Positions 11,406 through 22,124 of a DNA stretch of 64,000 nt are shown here, piece by piece. The position numbers and the translations under genes are program-made. The DNA is from Penicillus capitatus (lineage: Eukaryota > Plantae > Chlorophyta). Numbering within the stretch: the stretch's first letter is position 1; every line of letters begins with the position of its first letter. A model generated the notes under the pieces. That model saw only the letters and a program-made list of their open reading frames with translations. It was not told the DNA's origin and ran no database searches. The stretch covers positions 310,001 to 374,000 of the forward strand of contig OZ287700.1 of NCBI GenBank assembly GCA_965649825.1. Direction: 5' to 3'.

Positions 11406-12383
11406 ATGTCGAGCTCCACGCGTGGGCTCCGACGGACACGAGGAAAGAGACTTCGTCGCGTCGTGGAGGAAGAACAAGAAGCGGATGACGAGTTCTGGGG
11501 ACAAGAGTTCTTTCAAGAAGACGAAGAGGACGTTCCCTATCTCACCGAGAGCGATCAGGAGTCCGTTGCCGACTCAGATTTCAGCAACTCGGTGTGACGC
11601 TCTCCTCCCTTACCCTTACCTCACGTCTTCACAACACAGGAAGCCGAAGAAGATGACCAGGACGAAGAGACCGAAGTCCAGCGGGAAAGGCCACAGTACG
11701 CTATCCAAAGAGTCGCTGCCGCACAGTGAGATCGATGCTGTGCCAGGAAGAAACGTTTGCTGCCGCCAGGGACGACCAAAAGGCGCCGAAGGCCTGCTGC
11801 GACCAAAAAACAGGCAGAGAATGGCGAACAGGAGAAGCCATCCTTCGAGATCTCGCCTGTGACGTTGCGACAGTCCACACTGCAGCGGAGAACGGCAGCC
11901 GAGGAGGAACGGCGTCTGCAACAGATGCAGCGAGCAAGGAGGCAGAACAAGACAAATGAGAGAGCCCCGACGATGGGACTGGAGGAATTCTTGAAGGAGG
12001 TTGTGGAGGTGGAGCTGACGAACCTGACATCTCTCAACGAACTGGAAGCCTTCGAAGAAGAGTCCAAGAAGCGGGCACTGCAGTCCAAAAGCAAAAAGAA
12101 GGGCGCTCACGTCATTCTTCGCTCGAGACGCGTCGGAGAGACGGAGAGGACCGTTCTGGAGGTCTCCCATTCGAAGCAGCTGCCAGAATGGCTACAGAGG
12201 AAAACAAAGCCGGAGCCCGCGGGGACACAGAAATGTGTGATAACTGGTTTGCCAGCGAAGTACAGAGATCCGCTCACGAAGCTGCCGTACGCAACGATGG
12301 AGGCATTTCGCGAGATTCGTCGTCGTACGAGTCAGCTGTCCGGCAGCGAGATTGTGCCAGGAGATGTGCTGCGATCGAACTAG
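11406..12383 (+). CDS. VPS72: SWR1 complex subunit VPS72/SWC2/YL1
   Basis: N-terminal R-x-TRGKR plus acidic DDEFWGQEFFQEDEED. The C-terminal YL1-C motif is CVITGLPAKYRDPLTKLPYATMEAFREIR. Confidence 0.9.
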
Positions 12384-13210
12384 GGATCCGTTTTGAGTTT
12401 CTGCTCAAGGGCCTGAAGGATGTCTTGTGTGAGCGGTCGCACCAGTCTCTCTCGATTGCTCCGCGTCACGGTGACTAACCGAACATCGGGCCGTTCGCAT
12501 ATCTCATTCACCTAGTAGGGAACCGTTAACAGGGAGACTCACTCTTCAGACGCAGTCTCTTACGAAGGTGCGTCCTCTCGCCTGGGGGGAATCCTTCTAA
12601 AAGGGAAGAGCATCGAAGGCAGTTAGCGAAACAGGATGCGGACCCCTCTGAATGTTTGCACCTCTCGGGAGTAAGGCACAACTCCCAGGACAACGCAGTC
12701 TGCGTTCAGCACTTGGCCGACGGCTTCGATGAAGGACTCGGAGTAGAACTCCATCTTGCCTAAGCACTCAAAGATGACGGCCATGCGGAAGGCAGATATG
12801 CGGACCGATCTCGTCGACGACGAAGAGTTTCACTTCGGGTCGGATGACGAGTTCTGGAAGGGCGATGCTCTCGAAGGAAGGCACGTGGACGAGATAGCGC
12901 CCAACGCGTGGCCTGGGCTGGAAGACAAGGAACCACGGATGCTGCGACGCCTTGAGCATGGTGGACGTGCTTGCTTTAGGAGATGTCTGTACTGAGCCGA
13001 CGCCTCATTGCGCGAGAGCAACGCTCGTCGGCCGTCGAGGGCGACGACGTCAAATCCTTCGCGTCCTTGAGGCCCCAGAACTTCTTCCGTTGTGAAGCCG
13101 GCTGCTATAGAACGCAGGACGTGCACCTTTCCCACTTCCTCGACGACGCGCTGGACTAAAGTCGTTTTGCCGCTCGCAGGCAATCCGGTCACCATGAAGT
13201 GTGGACCCAT
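12380..13210 (-). CDS. NTPCR: Nucleoside-triphosphatase, NTPCR/THEP1 family
   Basis: Walker A VTGLPASGKTT, GFTTEEV..GREGFDVV, VGRYLVHVPSFE, and Walker B FVVDEIG|KME across an intron. The spliced model stays in frame to VNEICERPDVRLVTVTRSNRERL...KLKTDP*. Confidence 0.9.
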
Positions 13211-13399
13211 TCTAACAGACCCAGCGCTGCGCGAAGGTCTGCAACGTGATCTGCCTGTCGTACGAATCGACTGCGCAACGCGACGCGACGTCAAGTGGCC
13301 AGGTTCAGAAATTGTTGCACAGCGCGGTTGTCTTCCTGGAAAATCGTCAGATGTACAGTGGATGAGGTGAGTAGGCAGGTAATCCGTAGTGTTTAAACT

Positions 13400-16000
13400 G
13401 TTCGGTTTGTGCTTTGCAAATATAACACTGACAGCATGCGTGAAGACTACTAGCCTTGCTCGTTGCTTGTATTCTACGCTTCGTCAACTTCTCCCAACAA
13501 CATCGGCGACAACATGTTCATGTTTTTCGCGATCATTGCAACCGTGGCTAACAATGATGTTTCCTTTCTCAGAGAGATTACATGTCTATTTCAACTTTGT
13601 GTCGAAGTCTAAGAATATGACGCCTTGCGTATTATATGACAAGAAAGCCGAAGCTGGAAAGTCCACACAGAGTGCATACATCCTATGGGTTGTTACCGTC
13701 GTTTTGCACCTGCCAGACAAATCCGATAACTCTTTCAATCAAGGTTTTCACTGATGTCGCTGTTCACGGTTTGAGTCTCGGCATGCACTGAACTTCGTCG
13801 AAGTTCTAACTCCTGGATTGGTGCCATTCTATTCTCTTGGCTGTGAGTCACTAATCTGTACCGTCTAGCAAAATTGCAGACACCTATGATTCCCAAAACT
13901 GACTACCCTGTGCAGATACAATCTACTCCAACTTCCCGTTTGCACTTTATCGATTTCTATCGAGGCAGTACTAGTCTCTCATTAGATGACAAGACAACAT
14001 AAACCAAACTTCTGTATTGGTTTCAAACATCTTTTAGCAGGTTTCGCATGCTATACCCGTTGCTTTCTTTAAGCTTCACATCAGTTCAAAGACATGCATG
14101 CATGCCTTCAAATGCCCAAGAAACTCTATGGCGATGTTACAGACGTATTTTCAACGGCACACTTCCGAAGATATTACCTTCCAATAGTTTATCATCATCT
14201 GGTTCTACTTACATTTCAACAAACAATGTCATTGCTTTTCATGTCTTCCAAAATTACATTATCAGTTCTGCAAATAGAGTTTTCGTCGCGGATGCTGCAC
14301 AAAGAACATGCAAGGTATGCATTAAACCTGTTGGACTTTAGCTAACCGTGTGCAACGAACATGTCGCGCACAGCTTGTGCAATGCTCGTAGAACCTCACA
14401 TGGTTCGTTTTATCACCGTAAAGCCTGTTGCTATCATTTAGCATCTCTGTTTCCCAAATCACTAAATACTCATATCGTTGAAATCAGTTACGCCAAACGA
14501 TTAACTTTCCCTGTAAACCTTACTTATTTCCTTAATTAACATCATGTCACAGTATTTTGCCCGATGATCTGCTAAAAGACAGCTTATTGCTAATCGCAAT
14601 GAAAGGTGTGTTCCCAATCGTGACTACGAGAGTCTTTCTGTTAACACAAGAATTACATCTTCTAAAGTCTTGCACCGGATCTTACTCGTTTTCCTTGCTG
14701 CAGATGAAGGTAAGGATGTAATTAAGGCATTGTCAATCTGAAGGCGCTTATTCACGATTACCTCAAGACTTTAGGGAAATTGTCCTCTTCCAGCGAACTA
14801 ATTGTCGGATAATTTAGCCATCAATGATTCTGGACTTCCACGTTAAAAAGGAAGCTGTCATTTCTTCCGTGCGAATTTTGCAATGTCTTAATCGAGCTTC
14901 ACTGGTAACCTTCATTCCCTTTTCTTAACATTTGGTTAAGGCCATACGTAAATCCCCTCGATAAACTTCAATGGATGACGTTTCTCCAGATCGAATGCTT
15001 CAACTGTTGCTGTGTTTGCCGAACCCATGTAAATGTCCGTCTTCTATTTTCAAGGATCAAAAGTCTTTGGTGAATTCTGCGAGCATTTCCGGGTTTCTTA
15101 ATCAGTTTGTTGTTGGAGAGGACTTCCATGAGCGGTTTCGCAGCACATCTCCCCTTCTTTCACAAGTCGACAAGTCGAATAGGAAAAAACTTACTTCTCC
15201 GTTACTCGGTCCCAAGACAAAACCGAGTTCAAACGAATCGCCAAGAATTCGTCGCGAAGTAAAGCAAGTGGAACAAGATCTTCCGCTTAGTTCCATAACC
15301 TGCTAGGCCGTCTGGTGGACCCTCAACTCTTCTTTTTTGACACCGCCGAGACATGTATGTCCTGTTGATTGCACGTGATGTCCCAATCTCGTCTCGTCAC
15401 TTGATATATTGGTTTTGCAATACTCAATCAATGTATCAGAATGTTCTGTCGCAGTAAAGGTAAATCCAACGATCGACCAGTGTTTTCCCTCTAGGCGTGT
15501 ATGAAGTCGTTGTAACTTTTTTGTTCTTCCGCGAGTTAGGAATACCATAATTTCTAGCGGCCGACATACCAGGCACATTGCGATGACATCTGCTCTGTTT
15601 TGTGGCATGAATGAAACCTCACTCGGAACAGTTTTTTTATTGGATACACCGATTCTTGCTCCTATAGAAATGAATCTTGGAACTATTGCTCGTGTTCGTG
15701 TTGTTTGTTTCTTGTAACTGTTTGATTTGCACACGTTCTCACACGTTTTTCTGCATTGCAACCATGAACGCACCGAAGCGTCCAATCCACACACGGTGCG
15801 AAAGCATCCGAGCGGTCTGTTGTAGAGCGAGGGTTATACCATGTTGACGCATTTGTCGAAAGGTAGAGTCGTTAATGAATCCAAATGGGGTCCGTTTACG
15901 CCAAGACAACTCTCTAACATTAATAACAACTCTAAACTTGTGTTTCATTCGTCTGAGAGGGCCCTTGCGTCCACACAGAAGAACTTCAATAAGTTTTGTG
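13400..16000. other. AT-rich, CpG-poor, gene-free stretch (possible decayed transposon or foreign DNA)
   Basis: Visibly lower GC and fewer CpG than the flanking genes. It holds only short ORFs with no recognisable motif. Confidence 0.45.
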
Positions 16001-16049
16001 GTGTGATTTTAGAAGAAACGAAAACAAAAACAAAACAACATGCAAGACT

Positions 16050-17260
16050 CTAATGATCATCGAGATGTTCGAGCATTAAGTTCGCTCTTTCCAAGTAAGG
16101 CGCCGCTTCATTCTCCCTTCCCATTCCTATCAAACAGTTGGCATAGATTCTGATGCAAAGGACGACGCTCGGGTGGGCCGCGTCCCCGTGAAGGCGCTCG
16201 CTCATCTCTAGGGCCCTCTTGTAGAGCGGCAACGCTTCGTCGATTCTCCCCGAATCTTTTAGCACCGCAGCATAGTTGTTGATGCAAAAGACGACACTCG
16301 GGTGGTCTGTGTCGCCGTATAGGCGCTCACTCATCTCCAGAGCTTGCTTGAAGAACGGCAACGCTTCATCAATTCTTCCCGCATATTTTAGCACGGCTGC
16401 ATAGTTGTTGATGCAAAGGACGACGTCCGAGTGGTCCGCGCCGCCGTGAAGGCGCTCGCTCATCTCTAGAGCTTGCTTGAAGAGTGGCAATGCTTCGTCG
16501 ATTCTTCCGGTATTTTGTAGACCAAAGGCATAGTTGTTGATGCAAAAGACGACGTTCGAGTGGTCTGCGTCACCATGAAGGCGTTTGCTCATCTCTAGAG
16601 CTTGCTCGAAGAGCGGCAATGTTTCATCGGTTCTTCCCGCATCTTTTAGCACGGCAGCATAGTTGTTGATGTAAAGGACGACGTTCGGGTGGTCTGCGTC
16701 GCCGTGAAGGCGCTCGCACATCTCTAGAGCCCTCTTGTAGAGCTGCAATGCTTCGTCGATTCTTCCCGTATCTTGTACACATAGGGCATAGTTTCCGATA
16801 GCAGTGACGACGCTCGGGTGGTCCGCGTCCCCGTGAAGGCGCTCGCACATCTCTAGAGCCCTCTTGTAGAGCGGCAGCGCTTCGTCGATTCTTCCAGCCT
16901 CATCTAGCCCAAAAGCATAGTTGTTGATGCAACGTTCGAGAGACGGATGATCTGAGTCGCCGTGAAGGCGCTCGCTCATCTCCAGAGCCCTCTTGTAGAG
17001 CTGCAATGCTTCGTCGATTCTTCCAGCATCTTGTAGACATAGGGCATAGTTCCCGATGTAAATGACGACGTCCGAGTGGTCCGCACCGCCGTGACGGCGT
17101 TCGCACATCTCTAGAGTCCGCTTGAAGAGCGGCAATGCTTCGTCGATTCTTCCCGCATCTTGTAGACTTAAGGCATAGTTGTTGTTACAGCGTTCGAGGG
17201 ACGGATGGTCCGCGTCGCCGTGAAGGCGTTCGCTTATCTCGAGGGCTCTTTGAGCGTAGG
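16050..17260 (-). repeat. Coding tandem array of 129-bp (43-aa) TPR repeats, 9 variable cassettes
   Basis: Consensus GRIDEALPL(Y/F)K(R/Q)ALEM(C/S)ERLHGDADH(P/S)xxxxxI(N/G)NYAxxLxxx, of the kinesin-light-chain/TPR_12 type. Confidence 0.95.
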
Positions 17261-20200
17261 AGATCGATTCTCGGGACATGCATATCTCTTTGTAGCCCTT
17301 TGACATATGTTTGAGTAACTCCAGTTCCACGCCGCTGTCCTTGCACTTTTCGCAGTTTTCAATGAGCGATAACCCGTTTCGTGCGAGCAAGGTCCATAGC
17401 TCTCTGTTCGAACGATCCGTTCTGAACTCGTTAGTATATTGGCCAATTGAATGCACTATGGTGTTGATGTGATCTTCAATCACACTCTTGTTTTGGTCGT
17501 CGGATTCTTGACTCCGGCCAGAACTCCTCTCATCGATGTCCAAGAGGAGGTGTTTCACAAGAAGTTGTGTATCTGCGTGCATGTAAATCTGGTTTGTTTG
17601 CTTGTTCCACGAGACATGAGAGAAACGCTCAAGGAGCCTCATGGAGTTCTCCGTTTTTGTCCGGGAGAGTTCATTCCCGGGTTCGTGCCACTTGTACACC
17701 CAATCGACGGGCACTCCGTTTGGATCGAGTAGCGCCAGCTTGGCGAGGAGATCGAGCGAGCACGGGCCTAAGTCATTGGGTTCTTTCGAGATCTTTTGCA
17801 CGCTCGAGTTGAATACGAAGACCATTCCAGTTGCGACTTCGCCGCTTCGCGTCGCGGAGAGCTTCGCTATCGTTTCGGCTTCCCGCGGTGTGAGTTTGTA
17901 CCGCAGCATACGTTGCACCCATTCGCCGGGGTTCCACACATCTTCGTCCCTCATCACGGAGAAGAACTGCGCGAGGGCCAGCGGAGTGCGAGGCAGCAGA
18001 TCCATCAAATCGTCCAGATCCTTCGACCGCAGTGACTTGGCACACTCAAATTTCTCGGCCAGAATCCGCGCTTCGATCTCGTCGAGCGGCTCGAGTCGAA
18101 CTGCGTTTCTTGCCCACTCGCTCGCTCCGCACTCTCTCGTCGCGACAATGACGTGTGCGCCTGCCAACGGAACGTACTCGCGAATCAGCTCGAGGTTCGG
18201 TGCGTCGTCGAAGACGTACAGACAGCGCGATCTTCCGAGCTTCTCTTGAACCCGTTTGACCAACTCTGGTGTGTCGTCGTCCGTGGGGATTTGAAGGTAT
18301 TCTGCGATCTGCAAGAACGCGAAAGTGATGCTCTCCCTTGAACTTGAAGGAATCCAGAACTCGTCGTCGTAGCTGCGTTTGCTTCTGAAGTAATCGAACA
18401 TCTTGATCGCTAGCTGGGTCTTTCCGATGCCTCCTGGGCCGACGATGGCCTTCACGACAACTGACTCGGAGCTCTCTGCGAAGGCTTCAACGATTTCTTT
18501 CAGCTTATCCTTCCTCCCGGCGAAGTAGCGGACAATGTCAGGCGAGGCCAAAGAGTGTTTCTTCTTCGGACTCAATCGAACTCCAGTAGTCGGAGTGGAC
18601 AGTTCGCCTTCGAGGCCCTTCCAGACTCGAAGAAACAGCTTGTCGCCGGATGTCTTGTCTTCGCCGGACGAAACCGAATCGATCTCTTGTTCGACTTTCT
18701 TCTCCCTCCGCCACTCGGACAGGGCTTCTTCGCAGGCTGCATTGTGCACGTTCGAAAGCAGTCTTTCCATAGCGTCGTGTGCTAGACGCTTTTCGTCTTC
18801 AAAACCTCGAGCGCATAACTCTTCAAGGTTATCGAGAAGCTCCAAAAACAGATCGGGGTCGCTAGACCAGTCCCATTCGTCCGTGCGCTCGACGAGGCTT
18901 GCTAGAGTCTCGGCGCTCGCTCTGCGGACATCTCCGTCCTCCCCATGGATAGCGAGCATGTTCAACATCTCTACCACGCCGAACCTCAGAGCCTTGCAGT
19001 GTTCGGAGCCGGACGCTCTTCCTTCCAGCACGAGAGAGGAGAAGATCCCGCTGAATACTTCGATAGCAGACGGATCTTCCATGGCTGCGAAGTGTGCGGC
19101 GTTGAGCGCATGGAGGCACTTACGCCACTGATCTTCACAAACGATTTCGCCGCGCCTCGCTTGTTGCATCGCTTGTAGCAGGGCCCGTTGCAGCGCCCTC
19201 GCCACGGACTCTACATTTCCGAGATCAAAGTCGAGATGCACCGCTTTTCTCAGCGCTCGATGGATGCCCGCCGTGCCGTAGAAAAGCTCGGCAACACGCC
19301 TAGCGCCACTCACATTGTGAGCGCCTCGCTTGGAGAACTGAGAAGAGGTCACGCTGTGTCGAACCAGCATCGCTTCGTACTTCATCGGATAGTACCCTGC
19401 GACGTCGATCACCTTCCGGCAATAGTCTAAGAGCTTAACTTCCAGTAGTCCTTCAGGCTCGTTAGGATCCAAATCGGCCGACCTGACCTCTCGAAGGATC
19501 CTCAAGCACTCGTGTGCAGCGTGCAGGGCGCTGCATTGTGCGGAAAACGTCTTTCTCGAGAAGCTTGCCTTTTCCGAATCGAGCTCATCTAGTAGGAAGT
19601 CGGCGAGCCGAACAAGACAGCTAGGATCGTCTTTGAAGATTTCGGCGTCGACCGTCAGAAGCGTAAGCTCAATCGCTTCCGTGAGATATCTGTTGCTCGG
19701 AGCCTCGGTGCACAGTTTGTCGCGGATGCTGTCGAAGAAGTCTTTGAGAAAGGGCAGATGTTCGCCGATAGCGCTGTCGAGTCTGCACAGGGCAAGGCAC
19801 TCACGGACCGCCGCTCCTCGATCGTCCGTCGCTTCTCCGACGTGCATGTCTCCGAAGGCACTGATGACCCTCCTTATCACTACTGCCAGTGCGAGTCTCT
19901 GCTCAGCGCCGTCCGCCTCGTTGAACGCTTTCACCACTTGTTCTAGGTTCTGGTACGATCCTTCGTGAAGAATCTTCCGGACGAGAGATCTCTCCATTGG
20001 AGTCAGAGCTCTTCCAGTCGCCGAACGAGAGACGCTGCTTTCGGCGGGAGTCTGGTTCCCGAGTGCATCGCTGCTGGATGAGGGTTCCCCGTTTCCGCCA
20101 CCCCAAAGTCCAAGATCTCCCAAGAAGATGAACCTCCCCGTGCCGCGAGTTGGATTGGACAGAATATGAATGCGGCGACGTGCAGCACTCCACGGCAGAC

Positions 20201-21196
20201 GGGCCAGACGGCGAATCGCTTCCTCAGGGTCTGAAAAACCCTTGCAGAAAAGCGGAACCGTTGTAGTCTTGGAGAACGGTCCCACTCGCTCCACAATCCT
20301 CCCGGCGAAATTCTCTCCTTTTCGAAAGATCTGGACGAGGCCAGTACCCTCGATCTCAAGCTCGCAGACTTCCTCAGAGTCCCCCTGAGTTAACAGTTGA
20401 AAGCTAGAACAGGAAGAAGAAGAGAGCACTTGTGTGCATGTGCGAGGCGTCTGAGAACGAGACAGTTCTGCACGATAGAAAGACGATCGAGGCATGTGAA
20501 CCGAAGAGAGGTTCCTAGCTGTCCTTCCCGTATGCACGCGCGATTTGCCGCGGTGAGTCAGTTCACGGTCGGGTCCTATAACGAAGACGCCTGATGAGGC
20601 TTCCCCGCGGCGGCGATGGCGAGGCACGATCGAAGGAAACGTCCTGGCGACACTGACAGGATCCCACATCTATCGAATGTGACATTGAAACACGAGACTT
20701 TGGCAGAGAGGTCGTCACCTTTGAAGCTGGGTAGACTCTGAACTGTTCAAGACCCGATGCGCATTCCCTGTTCCATGGGCCCTGATGGACATCATGCAAC
20801 TCGGATGAGGAAGTCTAGAAACGGATGGCACTCACCTCGACACGATGATACGGTTTGCGGTGCTCGCCGTCGACCACTTTTGCCCCCTCGAATCTTTTCT
20901 TCTGATAAAACGTGAAGTCCGCGTCTGCGACCGTCGCCGTCGTACGGATTCGGGTCGACACGCCTCCATCGGTAGCCGGCGAACGCACACACTGGAAACG
21001 CGAATCGTTGCAGTGCATGCGAATGTGTCAGGGAGGGCCTTACCGTCTCGACAAGTCGGCAGCAGTCTCCTTTTCTGCCTTGCTGTTTTGAGGGATGCGT
21101 ACAGGTGAAAGAACCGTCGCGCATTTCGACGATGCGCGGCGACGTGCCGTTGCTCTCGGCGACGTTCTGCTTACGGCGAGTGGTACGATTTTTCAT
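16050..21196 (-). CDS. NLR-like STAND NTPase, copy 1 (N-terminal beta/ARM-like domains, NB-ARC, TPR array), about 1,570 aa
   Basis: Walker A GPGGIGKT (about 18414-18443), Walker B CLYVFDDA, HVIVATRE, LPRTPLAL, QIYMHAD, and a 43-aa TPR array. The 4-exon model has phase-0 GT-AG introns: exons 21196-21044, 20991-20836, 20781-20719, 20384-16050. Intron positions are conserved in copy 2. Confidence 0.92.
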
Positions 21197-22124
21197 GATA
21201 AAAGGTTTCAGTTTGAAGCGACGAATGCGTTGCAGTGTTCTTAAAAATGAAACACGTAAACAGACAAACTCGGGTGGAAGACACGGATCTTCTGATGGCA
21301 GGATGATTGTCCAATCGGCGCAATGGGCCTAATGAAGCAAATTGGAGGTGTTGATGCACGCCTGGCTGCCGAGCGATCGTCGAGGACGTCGACGATGAGC
21401 CTGTGTGCTATAAAAGTACTGCGGCTGGCTGGATGGCTGGCATCGGTTTAGTGTATCAGTCACTGCCGAAGCGGATACGTTCAGGAAGGCTTCGCAGAAT
21501 TAGGAATGGTCTGCGAAGTCTTCGGGAATCCTCGGAATTGAGAATGATGTGTTGCTCCAGCACCGGCGAATGAGCAGTCTGGCGTGCAGAGCAACGAAGT
21601 CGAGTGTGGATACTTCGCTGCAGCGCATGATGAGGTCGATTAGTGTGGACGAAGGACGAGAGCGCAGAAGGATCCGAGTCATCCTGCGCTTACGATACGT
21701 CGAAGAGCTCGCCAATTATTACACCGTCATCCGATGGCGAACGCGGCAAAGAGGCAATGAAGAAAAATCTAGGGGACGCTGTGAAGGTGAATGGAACCAA
21801 GTCTGCGTCGATCACTTCAGTCTCGATGAAATCAGTGACGTTGAAAGATGAGACTATGAACAGTCAGTCGTTTTTAATCGACCCATTGCGGGAATCGATC
21901 CTACAACCTCAGCACGGTTTCAATGCGCGAGTCACGAGGAACCTCAAGACAGATGAATGCCATACAGATGGAAGATAAAAAACTAACAGATTGCTTTATT
22001 ATTCACCTTTCGACCGGATGGGCTCGATGTTGTCAGACCATTGGACATTGCAGTGAGACGATTTCTGGTGTCTGCGAAGTTGTTTCTCGCTCTTTTGCTG
22101 TGGAGAAGACAGCAACCTGACACA

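Larger units (their letters stand above)
16000..21650 (-). repeat. Segmental duplication unit 1 (direct repeat of about 36050..41830)
   Basis: Nucleotide similarity covers the whole NLR gene and its introns, about 30-50 bp of 3' flank (ACAACATGCAAGACT) and about 450 bp of 5' flank (GTCACTGCCGAA; GATGTGTTGCTCCA; GCAGC(G/A)CATGATG). Confidence 0.85.

Noticed and set aside
14040-14760. Possible heavily C-to-T-mutated coding frame on the minus strand of the AT-rich island
   Set aside because: Stop density is at or above random expectation for this base composition and no motif is recognisable.
16050-17260. The 129-bp repeats with variable inserts as a CRISPR or DGR-type array
   Set aside because: They are in-frame TPR coding units. 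There is no reverse transcriptase or template repeat, and variation is not restricted to adenines.
17641-18249. Long plus-strand ORFs antisense to the NLRs (also 37811..38542, 19633..19968) and many similar shadow ORFs across the window
   Set aside because: These are S/R/A-rich antisense shadows of GC-rich coding DNA with no motifs. Their conservation between copies follows from the duplication.
20385-20669. N-terminal extensions of the 1539-aa and 1531-aa ORFs as real coding sequence
   Set aside because: They are not conserved in frame between the paralogs and end in a pyrimidine tract + CAG. They are the approximately 330-nt third intron.
21500-21715. Extra upstream NLR exon suggested by the shared WSNTSF peptide (also about 41700-41760)
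   Set aside because: The surrounding frames are not conserved between copies and contain stops; it is better explained as duplicated 5' flank.
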